From Bacilli bacterium (lineage in GTDB: Bacteria > Bacillota_I > Bacilli_A > RFN20 > CAG-826), in assembly GCA_024408305.1 (NCBI GenBank), contig JAKSVD010000003.1, positions 1 to 32,160 of the forward strand: 32,160 bases of DNA, written 5' to 3'. The notes under the pieces are model-generated. The model made no database searches and was not told the origin of the DNA. It saw only the letters and a program-made list of their open reading frames with translations. Shown here piece after piece: positions 9,551 through 17,336 of the stretch (the first letter of the stretch is position 1; each line of letters opens with the position of its first letter). Position numbers and translations under genes: made by a program.

Positions 9551-11323
9551 ATGAAAACAAAGAAGTTACTTACAATGTCACTTGCTGCAATCATGGCATT
9601 TGCCTTAACAGCATGTGGCGAAAAACCATTCGATTACGGAACTGTCGAGGCAGAAAAGATCGTCATGTCTAGAAATGCCGTCACAGAAATCTCAATCGGC
9701 GAAACAATTGACCTTGCTGAAAACGTTAAGGTCACTCCAGAAGACGTAAAGTGGAATGTCGTTGAAGTCGAATCTTACGAAGGAATCGTTAAGATCGACG
9801 GCACAAAGATCACTGGCGTCAAAGCTGGCCACTTCAAGGTCAGAATCGTCGCAGGACCATCTCTTGCAAGCAAGGTCTACGAAGGCGACGTCATCTCACA
9901 GGCAATCAAAGATGCAAGAAGTCTCTTTGCTGCAATGGATGAATTCAACTACACAGCTTCATTACTCTCAAACGAAACAGCAAAGAAGTATGAAGACAGA
10001 CTCTACACAATCGCATGCCACAACGAAAACTACTTCTCATTCATCAATGAAGATGGCGAATTCGAAGGTATGATGAAGTCAGGCAAGGGACACTCACTCC
10101 AGTACACATATGGTGGCGCATCACTTGATCTCGATCAGACAACTCACCTCCCATACGGCGGAACATTAGAAGTCGAAGCAGGATACTATGCTGACCTCAG
10201 CCTCTATACATTCACAACTCCAATGGCTATCAGAGATGATTTAATCTCAGAAAGCGATGACGTTGACGGAATCGTCCTCGATGTCGATGCAACTCTCTTA
10301 GAAACAATCTTCGCTACAACTCTCGGAGTTGATTACGAAGCATTAAAGGCAGAAGTTGGCACAATCAAGTCATGCACTATCGAATACAACCCAAGCAAGG
10401 AAGCAGCAGCTCACCTCTATTTCTCAGACAAAAATAACAAGGATCTCTGCGAACTTCTCATCGAAAACGTTGGCTCAACATCAATCAAAGAAGTTGAAGA
10501 CTACATCAAGTCAAAAGAAGAACCAGCTCTCCCAGTCTTCCAGGCATTCAACGATGCAATGAACGACATCAACTCAAAGAAGAACTATAAGATGACTGGC
10601 AAGATCTCCATCGGTTCGTACAACAAGGCTGGCGCATGGGTTGAAACAACAAACGCAACAGCTATTGCAACAATGGCTGAAGATTGGCAGGGAATCACCC
10701 CAGCTTCATACACAGTCTATGTTGATGGCGAAAACTATATCGCATATGACGATTCAACCGGCAATGCAACAGTCTACGGCTATGACAACGGCCTTTACTA
10801 CAACACAGGCGTCAACAACAATGGCGTTTACACATGGGAAGAAAAGCAGGCAATCGAAGGCTTCGATTCAATCTGGTCAGAAGGACTTGCTATCTCAGAT
10901 CAGGGCTACACATCAGCAGCTGCTATCACTCCAGTTGACATCTCAGGCGAAGAACTCGAATCAATCTGCTGGGCAACAATCACAGAAAAGGACGGAGTCA
11001 CAGTTGGTGAATCATCAGTCTACGGTGACTACGGATACTTCTGCCAGATCGCTATGTCAATGGTTCCAGATTATGGTTCAGGCATCGCATTCATGTTCTC
11101 AACACTCTACTCAACAGCATATCCAACTGCTCAGTGGTATGACTTCATGGATGGAGTTGATGCATTTGTCGATACAAACAACAACACTGTTACAATCGCA
11201 ACATCACTCTCAGGCATGATCCAGGTTGGTAACGCAGTCTATGGCGTCCGCTTAGAGACAACATTCAGCGATGTCGGCACATCACAGAACTTAGATTCAA
11301 TCATTGCTGCTGCATTAGCTTAA
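9551..11323 (+). CDS. Large acidic lipoprotein with an N-terminal Ig-like domain, function unknown
   Basis: RBS GAAAGGA; lipobox LTAC; Big_2-like segment (IDGTKITGVKAG); strong codon bias; directly downstream of the protease. Confidence 0.85.
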   Translation: MKTKKLLTMSLAAIMAFALTACGEKPFDYGTVEAEKIVMSRNAVTEISIGETIDLAENVKVTPEDVKWNVVEVESYEGIVKIDGTKITGVKAGHFKVRIVAGPSLASKVYEGDVISQAIKDARSLFAAMDEFNYTASLLSNETAKKYEDRLYTIACHNENYFSFINEDGEFEGMMKSGKGHSLQYTYGGASLDLDQTTHLPYGGTLEVEAGYYADLSLYTFTTPMAIRDDLISESDDVDGIVLDVDATLLETIFATTLGVDYEALKAEVGTIKSCTIEYNPSKEAAAHLYFSDKNNKDLCELLIENVGSTSIKEVEDYIKSKEEPALPVFQAFNDAMNDINSKKNYKMTGKISIGSYNKAGAWVETTNATAIATMAEDWQGITPASYTVYVDGENYIAYDDSTGNATVYGYDNGLYYNTGVNNNGVYTWEEKQAIEGFDSIWSEGLAISDQGYTSAAAITPVDISGEELESICWATITEKDGVTVGESSVYGDYGYFCQIAMSMVPDYGSGIAFMFSTLYSTAYPTAQWYDFMDGVDAFVDTNNNTVTIATSLSGMIQVGNAVYGVRLETTFSDVGTSQNLDSIIAAALA

Positions 11324-11339
11324 GTTATTCTTCAAATTT

Positions 11340-11366
11340 AGAGCTCGTGAAAACGGGCTCTTTTTT
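11340..11366 (+). terminator. Intrinsic terminator of the protease-lipoprotein operon
   Basis: AGAGCTCGT-GAAA-ACGGGCTCT followed by TTTTT. Confidence 0.85.
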
Positions 11367-11370
11367 GATG

Positions 11371-11402
11371 AAAGAAAGGGCCTACATCTTTCGATATAAG
11401 CC
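11371..11402 (-). terminator. Intrinsic terminator of the PIN-domain gene
   Basis: Minus strand reads GGCTTATATC-GAAA-GATGTAGGCC then CTTTCTTT. Confidence 0.75.
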
Positions 11403-11408
11403 TAAACA

Positions 11409-13052
11409 TTAGTCTTTCTTCAGCTCAGATAATCTCTTTTGGAGTTCCCTAATGCCCCAGGTGAGTTTGCGCCTTTCACTTTCCTTGAGGTTGCGAGCTC
11501 TTTCAAGCTGTGCCTCTAAATCAGCAATTTTGCTCTTTAGAGGATAATTAGGATTCTGAACGTTGCACTTAAGTGGTTTCTCAATCTCAAGAGCTTTCTT
11601 AAGTTCAGCTGATACGGCCTCTTTCTTTGGTGCTTTTGCCTTTTCTTCGACTTTGGATTCTGCCTTTGCTTCATCCTTTACCTCATCTGCCTTTGTTTCA
11701 GCCTTTTTAGGGGCTTTTTTCTTAGGTGTTGAGGATTTAGCTTTCTCCATAGGAGAAGGAGCGGATTCAGCTGGTTTTACCTCTTCCACAGCTGGAGCAA
11801 CCTTAACTGGTTCTTCAACTGCTGTCTCTTTCTTTTTAGGAGCGTTCTTCTTAGGAAGGACCACTACTTTTTCTAGGCTAGCTTTGAAGTCTTTCGAAGT
11901 CTTAATGATGTGAATGACTATTCCGTCAAACTTAACGTCTAACTTAGCACCTTCACCCGAGAAATCACCGCTTGCAATGCGATCGCTTAATTCCTCAATA
12001 ATGATGTTAGCCTCACCGTGCCCCTCTTTAATGTATGGGACATCTTTTCTATGTGGGATGATGGATAAATGAGTACACGCGTTGATTGCGGCCTCATATG
12101 GTGTATTTCCGAATTCATACCACACATCCTTTGTCTCGTTTTTAGAAGGAGCTGGTTTCTTTACCTGTTTTTTGTTATCCGGTTGAACCTCAACAGTTTC
12201 TTGAACTTTTGCGGGTTTTTTCAAGGATTCTAAAGATTTTCTCAACTTATCTAAATCATAGGAGAGTTTTAATCCTTCAACAGATTTCTTGTCTTCCTTG
12301 CTAAGAAGAGAGATTTGTTCTTCTAAATCCTTGATCTTTTTGTCAGCTGGATAGTTCTGGTTGTTTAAATTTGCTGCGATTCTCTTGTCGTTTTTAAGAA
12401 TTGCTTGAATTGATGGGGTTGGCGCTGTCTCCTTGTTTTGAGGGACAACAGGTTTTTGTTTTTGCTGATTTTGGGCATTCTTAACAGGCGCACTGCTAAT
12501 GCCATTTGGTTTCTTGAATTTTGATTGGTTGTCCGTTGGGTTCCCTAGATTTTCTTCCAGTTCCCCTCTTTGATTGATCTTGTAAATTAGAACGAATCTG
12601 CCTCTAGATGAATCAAGTGAGTTCTGTTTCTTCAAATCTGTTGCAAGAGTTTTGTCTTGCGTAATGACAAGCACTTTCTTTTTGATTCTGTTGATAGACA
12701 CTTCTGAGAATATGGCATTGTCTGCAAAACCATCAGTATCCTTTTTCTTGTTGATCTGAATGGTTTTTCTCCATAATCTCCAGGAATCGTGCTTAAGAAT
12801 CTTTAGGGCTCTTTTGGCCGATACCGTCAAATGCGTTTTCGTCGTATTTGCGGCGTGCTTTGTTAATTCTGCATATACTTCGGAAAGGATTATAACTTTA
12901 ACTTTGTCTTTCCAGTAATATCTAGATTTGACCAGTAAATCCATGAACAGCGGGAACGAATCTTCCATCAAGGAACATGTGTCCAAGTAAACTAGATCGA
13001 AGACCAGCAATTTCTTCGCTAATTCAGAGGACTTTATTTCGTCACTGTACAT
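11409..13052 (-). CDS. PIN-domain putative ribonuclease with long multi-module C-terminus
   Basis: PIN acidic tetrad pattern: VYLDTCSLM (D24), EVYAEL (E62), FADNAI (D111), ITQDKTLA (D133). Followed by Lys/Pro/Glu linkers and a duplicated helical module. Confidence 0.8.
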   Translation of the reverse strand: MYSDEIKSSELAKKLLVFDLVYLDTCSLMEDSFPLFMDLLVKSRYYWKDKVKVIILSEVYAELTKHAANTTKTHLTVSAKRALKILKHDSWRLWRKTIQINKKKDTDGFADNAIFSEVSINRIKKKVLVITQDKTLATDLKKQNSLDSSRGRFVLIYKINQRGELEENLGNPTDNQSKFKKPNGISSAPVKNAQNQQKQKPVVPQNKETAPTPSIQAILKNDKRIAANLNNQNYPADKKIKDLEEQISLLSKEDKKSVEGLKLSYDLDKLRKSLESLKKPAKVQETVEVQPDNKKQVKKPAPSKNETKDVWYEFGNTPYEAAINACTHLSIIPHRKDVPYIKEGHGEANIIIEELSDRIASGDFSGEGAKLDVKFDGIVIHIIKTSKDFKASLEKVVVLPKKNAPKKKETAVEEPVKVAPAVEEVKPAESAPSPMEKAKSSTPKKKAPKKAETKADEVKDEAKAESKVEEKAKAPKKEAVSAELKKALEIEKPLKCNVQNPNYPLKSKIADLEAQLERARNLKESERRKLTWGIRELQKRLSELKKD

Positions 13053-13152
13053 ATGTATTGAATTCTTGTACCTCCTTTATCCTTATTTTACATAAAAATG
13101 CGCATATGTAATAGAAATCGTTATTCGGGAGTCTTTGATATTGGTTTCTTAT

Positions 13153-13181
13153 TTGAAAAATGCATCTCTAACAATTAGACT
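13153..13181 (+). promoter_or_regulatory. Sigma70 promoter (leaderless type) of the XRE regulator
   Basis: TTGAAA-17 nt-TAGACT, with ATG 7 nt downstream and no SD. Confidence 0.6.
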
Positions 13182-13188
13182 TAAACGC

Positions 13189-13872
13189 ATGAGAGATTTA
13201 TCAAAGACCGTTGGAGAAAATATTGCAAACCTCAGAAAAGCAAGAGGACTCACTCAAGGCCAGCTTGCAGAGCGTTTTGCATATACCGACAAGGCTATAT
13301 CTAAATGGGAACGCGGCGATGTCTGTCCAGACGTCAGCACACTTCAGGAATTGGCGGATTTCTTCGGTGTTACGATGGATTACATGACTCACTTCCACAC
13401 AGAACAATCAATCCTTGAAGATCATAGCAAAGATCCAGCTACTATTAGACGAAATAGAATTATCATGACTGCATTGGTCTCAGTCTTCTTCTGGACTGTT
13501 GCCGCTGTATATTTCTCAGGATTCGCTATGACACATGAGGCGACATTGGGAGTTGATGCTTATAAGCAAGGATCAATCGCCTTTGCGTGGGCGATTCCTC
13601 TAACTGTCATAACCGTAACCGTCTATAACTATAGATTTGGAAAACCAGTAACAAAGATGCCGTTATTCATTTCTGTTGTTTGGTCGCTAGCCATTGCCTT
13701 ATACATTACATTTGGACTGTACGCAAACGCCTGGAACCTGTGGTTCGTCCTCTTCGTTGCGGTCCCACTTACCATCGCATTCCTTATCTTCTATCTATCA
13801 AGGTCATCAAAGCCTAAAGCTCCAGCACAAGAAGAAAACACAGGAGAACAAGAAAAAGACTGCGTTCAATAG
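13189..13872 (+). CDS. XRE-family HTH regulator with C-terminal transmembrane helices
   Basis: NIANLRKARGLTQGQLAERFAYTDKAISKWERG-x-x-x-PD HTH_3 motif followed by about 4 TM segments; start reassigned to MRDLSK. Confidence 0.9.
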   Translation: MRDLSKTVGENIANLRKARGLTQGQLAERFAYTDKAISKWERGDVCPDVSTLQELADFFGVTMDYMTHFHTEQSILEDHSKDPATIRRNRIIMTALVSVFFWTVAAVYFSGFAMTHEATLGVDAYKQGSIAFAWAIPLTVITVTVYNYRFGKPVTKMPLFISVVWSLAIALYITFGLYANAWNLWFVLFVAVPLTIAFLIFYLSRSSKPKAPAQEENTGEQEKDCVQ

Positions 13873-13885
13873 ACGCAGTTTTTTT
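13852..13885. terminator. Probably bidirectional intrinsic terminator overlapping the XRE stop
   Basis: GAAAAAG-ACTGCGT-tcaatag-ACGCAGT-TTTTTT. Confidence 0.75.
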
Positions 13886-14074
13886 CGATTATCTCAGCTA
13901 ATCCAATCTTAAACGCTTTGATGGATGGGCTGAAACTGCATTAAGCTTCTCTTGACCAATTGATGTTGAGTGATAATAAGGTGTTATTAGCTTAGGCGGT
14001 AAATAGCTCTCTCCATAAACGCATAATCAAAAGATGCTTATACTCATCAAACATCAACGCATCGTTTATTTGCC

Positions 14075-16198
14075 TCAGGCTTTGGCGTTTATTAGGACCT
14101 TGCAAGTAAGCCCATCTCCGTTGATTCCGATAATATACGATGTGTTAGCACGAATCTGCTGTCTAACAATAAGGTTGGCGATATAAGTCTCAACGTTGTC
14201 TTCGATATATCTCTTAAGTGGGCGAGCGCCAAATTCAGGGGTGTAAGCATCTCTAACTATCTTTTCCTTCAAATCATCGCTGAATTCGACATCAAAGTAT
14301 TGATCTTTTAATCTTGATTTTAGTTCTCCAAGCATCTTGTCGACGATACTTCTTTGGATGGATCTTCCTAGAGGATTGAAACATACGATTTCATCAATTC
14401 TATTAAGGAATTCAGGTTTAAATGATTTGTGCAACAGATCCTGCACTTTCTCGTTTTCGCCGTTAAGCAAATATTCGCTTCCAAGATTTGAAGTCATGAT
14501 GATTATGGTGTTCTTGAAATCAACAAGGTGACCTTGACTATCTGTAAGTCTTCCTTCATCAAGAATCTGGAGGAGCAAATTGAATACTTCAGGGTCTGCT
14601 TTTTCAATTTCATCAAACAAAACAATAGAGTATGGGTTTCTTCTTACTTTTTCGGTAAGCTGACCACCCTCTTCGTATCCAACATATCCAGGAGCAGCAC
14701 CAATCAACCTAGAAACTGAATACTTTTCCATATATTCAGACATGTCGATACGAATAATATTGTTTTCATTGTCAAAAAGGGCTTCCGCTAAAGCTTTTGC
14801 AACTTCAGTTTTACCAACGCCTGTTGGGCCTAAGAAAAGGAATGAACCAATTGGCTTATTTGGATTCTTAATTCCTGCTCTTTGTCTTAACATTGCGTTT
14901 GAAACTAAAGAGATAGCCTTATCCTGTCCAATAACCCTTTTCTTAAGAGTATCTTCAAGCGTTAAAACCTTCTCTCTATCTCCCTTTTCGATGCGATTTA
15001 CTGGAATTCCGGTCATTTTAGCGACGATTTTTGCGATATTAACTTCGTCGACAACCTCATCTATCAACCTTTCTTGAGCATCCGATTTTGAAGAGAGTTC
15101 CTTGATTCTCTTTTCTAGTTCAGGGATTGTCTGATATTGAAGTTTAGAAGCTTTCTCATAATTTCCGGATGAATAGAACGTCTGGAGATCAAGCTTGGCC
15201 TTTTCAAGTTCCACTTTTAAAGACTTAGCTTCTTCTATTTCCTTCTTTTCTTTTGTCCATTCGTTGACCAATACATTTTTGCGCTCTTTGAGTGCATCAA
15301 GTTCTTTATCTAAGTCGAACAATCTTAACTGAGAGGATTCATCCTTTTCTTTAGATAAGGCAACTCTTTCGATTTCGAGTTGTCTAATCTTTCTATCTAC
15401 CTCATCAAGTTCGGTAGGCATTGATTCCACTTCGACCTTAATGCTTGCGCAAGCCTCATCGATTAAATCGATTGCCTTATCTGGCAAGAATCTATTAGTT
15501 ATATATCTATTGGAAAGTGTTGCCGCTGCAACAATCGCATTATCTGTGATCTGAACACCATGATATGACTCATATCTTTCCTTGAGTCCTCTAAGGATTG
15601 AGATAGTGTCAGAGACTGTTGGCTCTTCAATTAAGACAGTCTGGAATCTTCTCTCTAAGGCTCTATCCTTCTCAATATACTGCCTATATTCGTTTAATGT
15701 TGTTGCGCCGATACAATCAATTTCGCCACGTGCGAGCAGTGGCTTAAGCATATTGGGCGCATCTAAAGCGCCAGATGTTCTACCTGCTCCAACAATAAGA
15801 TGGATCTCATCAATGAAAAGGATAATCTTTCCATTTGATTCCTTAATCTTCTTTAAGACATTTTTCAGTCTTTCTTCGAATTCTCCTTGGTATTTCGCGC
15901 CTGCAATTAAAGCGCCCATATCCAATTCATAAATGATTTTATCCTTGAGTGTGTTTGGTACATCGTTATTTACGATTCTTTGAGCCAAACCTTCGATAAT
16001 CGCTGTTTTACCAACACCAGGTTCTCCAAGCAAAATAACGTTGTTTTTGGTTTTTCTAGCGAGGATTTGCACTACTTTCCTGACCTCGTCGTCTGTTCCT
16101 ATAACTGGATCGACTTTGCCGTTCTTGCATGCGTCATTAATGTTTCTGCCAAACTTCTCTAAGATGTTTTCATCATTTACGTAATCTGTCATTTGCAT
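14075..16198 (-). CDS. clpB: ClpB chaperone lacking the N-terminal Clp repeat domain
   Basis: Two AAA+ modules (GEPGVGKT, LFIDEIH; GPTGVGKT, RIDMSEYMEK, LFDEIEKA), coiled-coil middle domain and FGARPLKR. Start MQMTDY at 16198 with GGAGGT SD; CIRCE upstream. Confidence 0.93.
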   Translation of the reverse strand: MQMTDYVNDENILEKFGRNINDACKNGKVDPVIGTDDEVRKVVQILARKTKNNVILLGEPGVGKTAIIEGLAQRIVNNDVPNTLKDKIIYELDMGALIAGAKYQGEFEERLKNVLKKIKESNGKIILFIDEIHLIVGAGRTSGALDAPNMLKPLLARGEIDCIGATTLNEYRQYIEKDRALERRFQTVLIEEPTVSDTISILRGLKERYESYHGVQITDNAIVAAATLSNRYITNRFLPDKAIDLIDEACASIKVEVESMPTELDEVDRKIRQLEIERVALSKEKDESSQLRLFDLDKELDALKERKNVLVNEWTKEKKEIEEAKSLKVELEKAKLDLQTFYSSGNYEKASKLQYQTIPELEKRIKELSSKSDAQERLIDEVVDEVNIAKIVAKMTGIPVNRIEKGDREKVLTLEDTLKKRVIGQDKAISLVSNAMLRQRAGIKNPNKPIGSFLFLGPTGVGKTEVAKALAEALFDNENNIIRIDMSEYMEKYSVSRLIGAAPGYVGYEEGGQLTEKVRRNPYSIVLFDEIEKADPEVFNLLLQILDEGRLTDSQGHLVDFKNTIIIMTSNLGSEYLLNGENEKVQDLLHKSFKPEFLNRIDEIVCFNPLGRSIQRSIVDKMLGELKSRLKDQYFDVEFSDDLKEKIVRDAYTPEFGARPLKRYIEDNVETYIANLIVRQQIRANTSYIIGINGDGLTCKVLINAKA

Positions 16199-16226
16199 AA
16201 ACTTACCTCCTGTTTGAGACATCTTC

Positions 16227-16254
16227 ATTATAGTACTGTTTTTAGCACTCGCAA
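16227..16254 (-). promoter_or_regulatory. clpB promoter
   Basis: TTGCGA-16 nt-TATAAT; the -35 lies inside the CIRCE element. Confidence 0.65.
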
Positions 16255-16268
16255 GTGTTGAGTGCTAA
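16242..16268. promoter_or_regulatory. CIRCE element (HrcA operator)
   Basis: Perfect TTAGCACTC-N9-GAGTGCTAA upstream of clpB. Confidence 0.97.
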
Positions 16269-16278
16269 TATTTCGCAC

Positions 16279-16307
16279 AAAAGAAAAACCAGAGATTTCT
16301 CTCTGGC
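16279..16307 (-). terminator. Intrinsic terminator
   Basis: Minus strand reads CCAGAGA-GAAA-TCTCTGG-TTTTTCTTTT just after the stop at 16315. Confidence 0.8.
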
Positions 16308-16314
16308 TGAAAGA

Positions 16315-17247
16315 TTATTTCTTTTCCTTCTTTTCCTTTGATCTCTTGTCGTTGATTTCTTTCATCTCAACTTCAGTGATCTTTTTGCAGTTGTGTTCCT
16401 TTGCCCAATCAATACATCCATTAAGAACGAGCTTGAGGAATGGCCTTGGTACCTTAACTAACATTGCAAGGGCTTCGTCTGTGAACTCAACATCTGACTG
16501 CAATCTATCCGCTGCATATCTAACTGATGCAACATCAACGCCTCTATCAGGAATGCCAACAGCAATTGGCTTGTTATAGTCTGAACACCAGAAATTCTTT
16601 GAGTCTCTATAACCCCAGTTTGTTGGAAGAGGCATAAAGTTCTTTCTTGTAACGCCTGATGCAATTGCATCGTAATACTTGTCATGCATTAAAATATGAT
16701 CAATCTTTAAGATGAAGTGAGCACCGAATTTTGAGGTAATGCCGTTGAAGTTGTGATATGGGCCTTCATATTCTTCCTGAACCTTATCATCCTGTGCGCC
16801 ATCTAATTCCTTAACCCACGTGCATTCAAAGACCTGTGGAGCTTCTTTTAACATCTGAGGGTAATCACCATTTGGGTCCAACTCCTTTGATAATGAATCA
16901 ACTGATGTGAATCTGAAGTCTTTCATCTTCTCAGCTGGTGTATCTCCAGGGAATCCAAGACGGACATGCTGCTCGAAATTCTTCTTTGTGAATGGAAGGA
17001 AGTTAATTGTGCACTTGCCGGTTCTTAATAAGCCCTGGCATGTGTTTGATGAATTACGGCACTCAAGGATCATTGCGTAATATCCTTTTCCTGCAACGTA
17101 ATATGGGAAGCAAAGTGAATATGCTCCATAGCTTGTCATGCTCTTGTCTTCGTTTAAAGTGCCAACGAGACAAAGAGGCATTGGGATGAATGAAGATGAC
17201 TGGTAAAAGTTATCCAACATTCTGATTTCTTTAAAACCTTTTTCCAT
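16315..17247 (-). CDS. Flavin-reductase-like (FMN split barrel) protein fused to a C-terminal PCP_red-like domain
   Basis: PMPLCLVGT...SNTCQGLLRTGKCTINF...LKEAPQVFEC matches the flavoredoxin pattern. C-terminal FTDEALAMLVKVPRPF...AKEHNCKKIT resembles the protochlorophyllide reductase B C-terminal domain. GGAGA SD and TATAAT at 17274-17279. Confidence 0.65.
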   Translation of the reverse strand: MEKGFKEIRMLDNFYQSSSFIPMPLCLVGTLNEDKSMTSYGAYSLCFPYYVAGKGYYAMILECRNSSNTCQGLLRTGKCTINFLPFTKKNFEQHVRLGFPGDTPAEKMKDFRFTSVDSLSKELDPNGDYPQMLKEAPQVFECTWVKELDGAQDDKVQEEYEGPYHNFNGITSKFGAHFILKIDHILMHDKYYDAIASGVTRKNFMPLPTNWGYRDSKNFWCSDYNKPIAVGIPDRGVDVASVRYAADRLQSDVEFTDEALAMLVKVPRPFLKLVLNGCIDWAKEHNCKKITEVEMKEINDKRSKEKKEKK

Positions 17248-17336
17248 AAATTCTCCAGTGACAAAATTTGTCAATTATAACTATATTAAACTCCAATTTA
17301 TTAAGTTCTAAAAGAAAATATAGTAAAAATTACTAT

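Noticed and set aside
9756-11219. Long Gln/Ser/Thr-rich same-strand alternate-frame ORFs (e.g. 10641..11219, 192 aa)
   Set aside because: Explained by the strong codon bias of the host lipoprotein gene; no RBS or protein-like features.
11563-11913. Antisense Ser/Ala/Phe-rich ORF that could be read as an antitoxin
   Set aside because: It is the reverse complement of the Lys/Glu/Ala linker of the PIN protein and has no expression signals.
13890-14060. Possible TGA-readthrough ORF or genetic code 4 downstream of clpB
   Set aside because: TGA serves as a stop for clpB and fumarase alpha, no long gene is interrupted by TGA, and the readthrough peptide is not protein-like.
16199-16579. clpB start at 16228 and plus-strand ORF 16262..16579
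   Set aside because: ATG 16228 overlaps the TATAAT -10 box and the SD supports 16198. The plus-strand ORF starts inside CIRCE and is antisense to a real gene.
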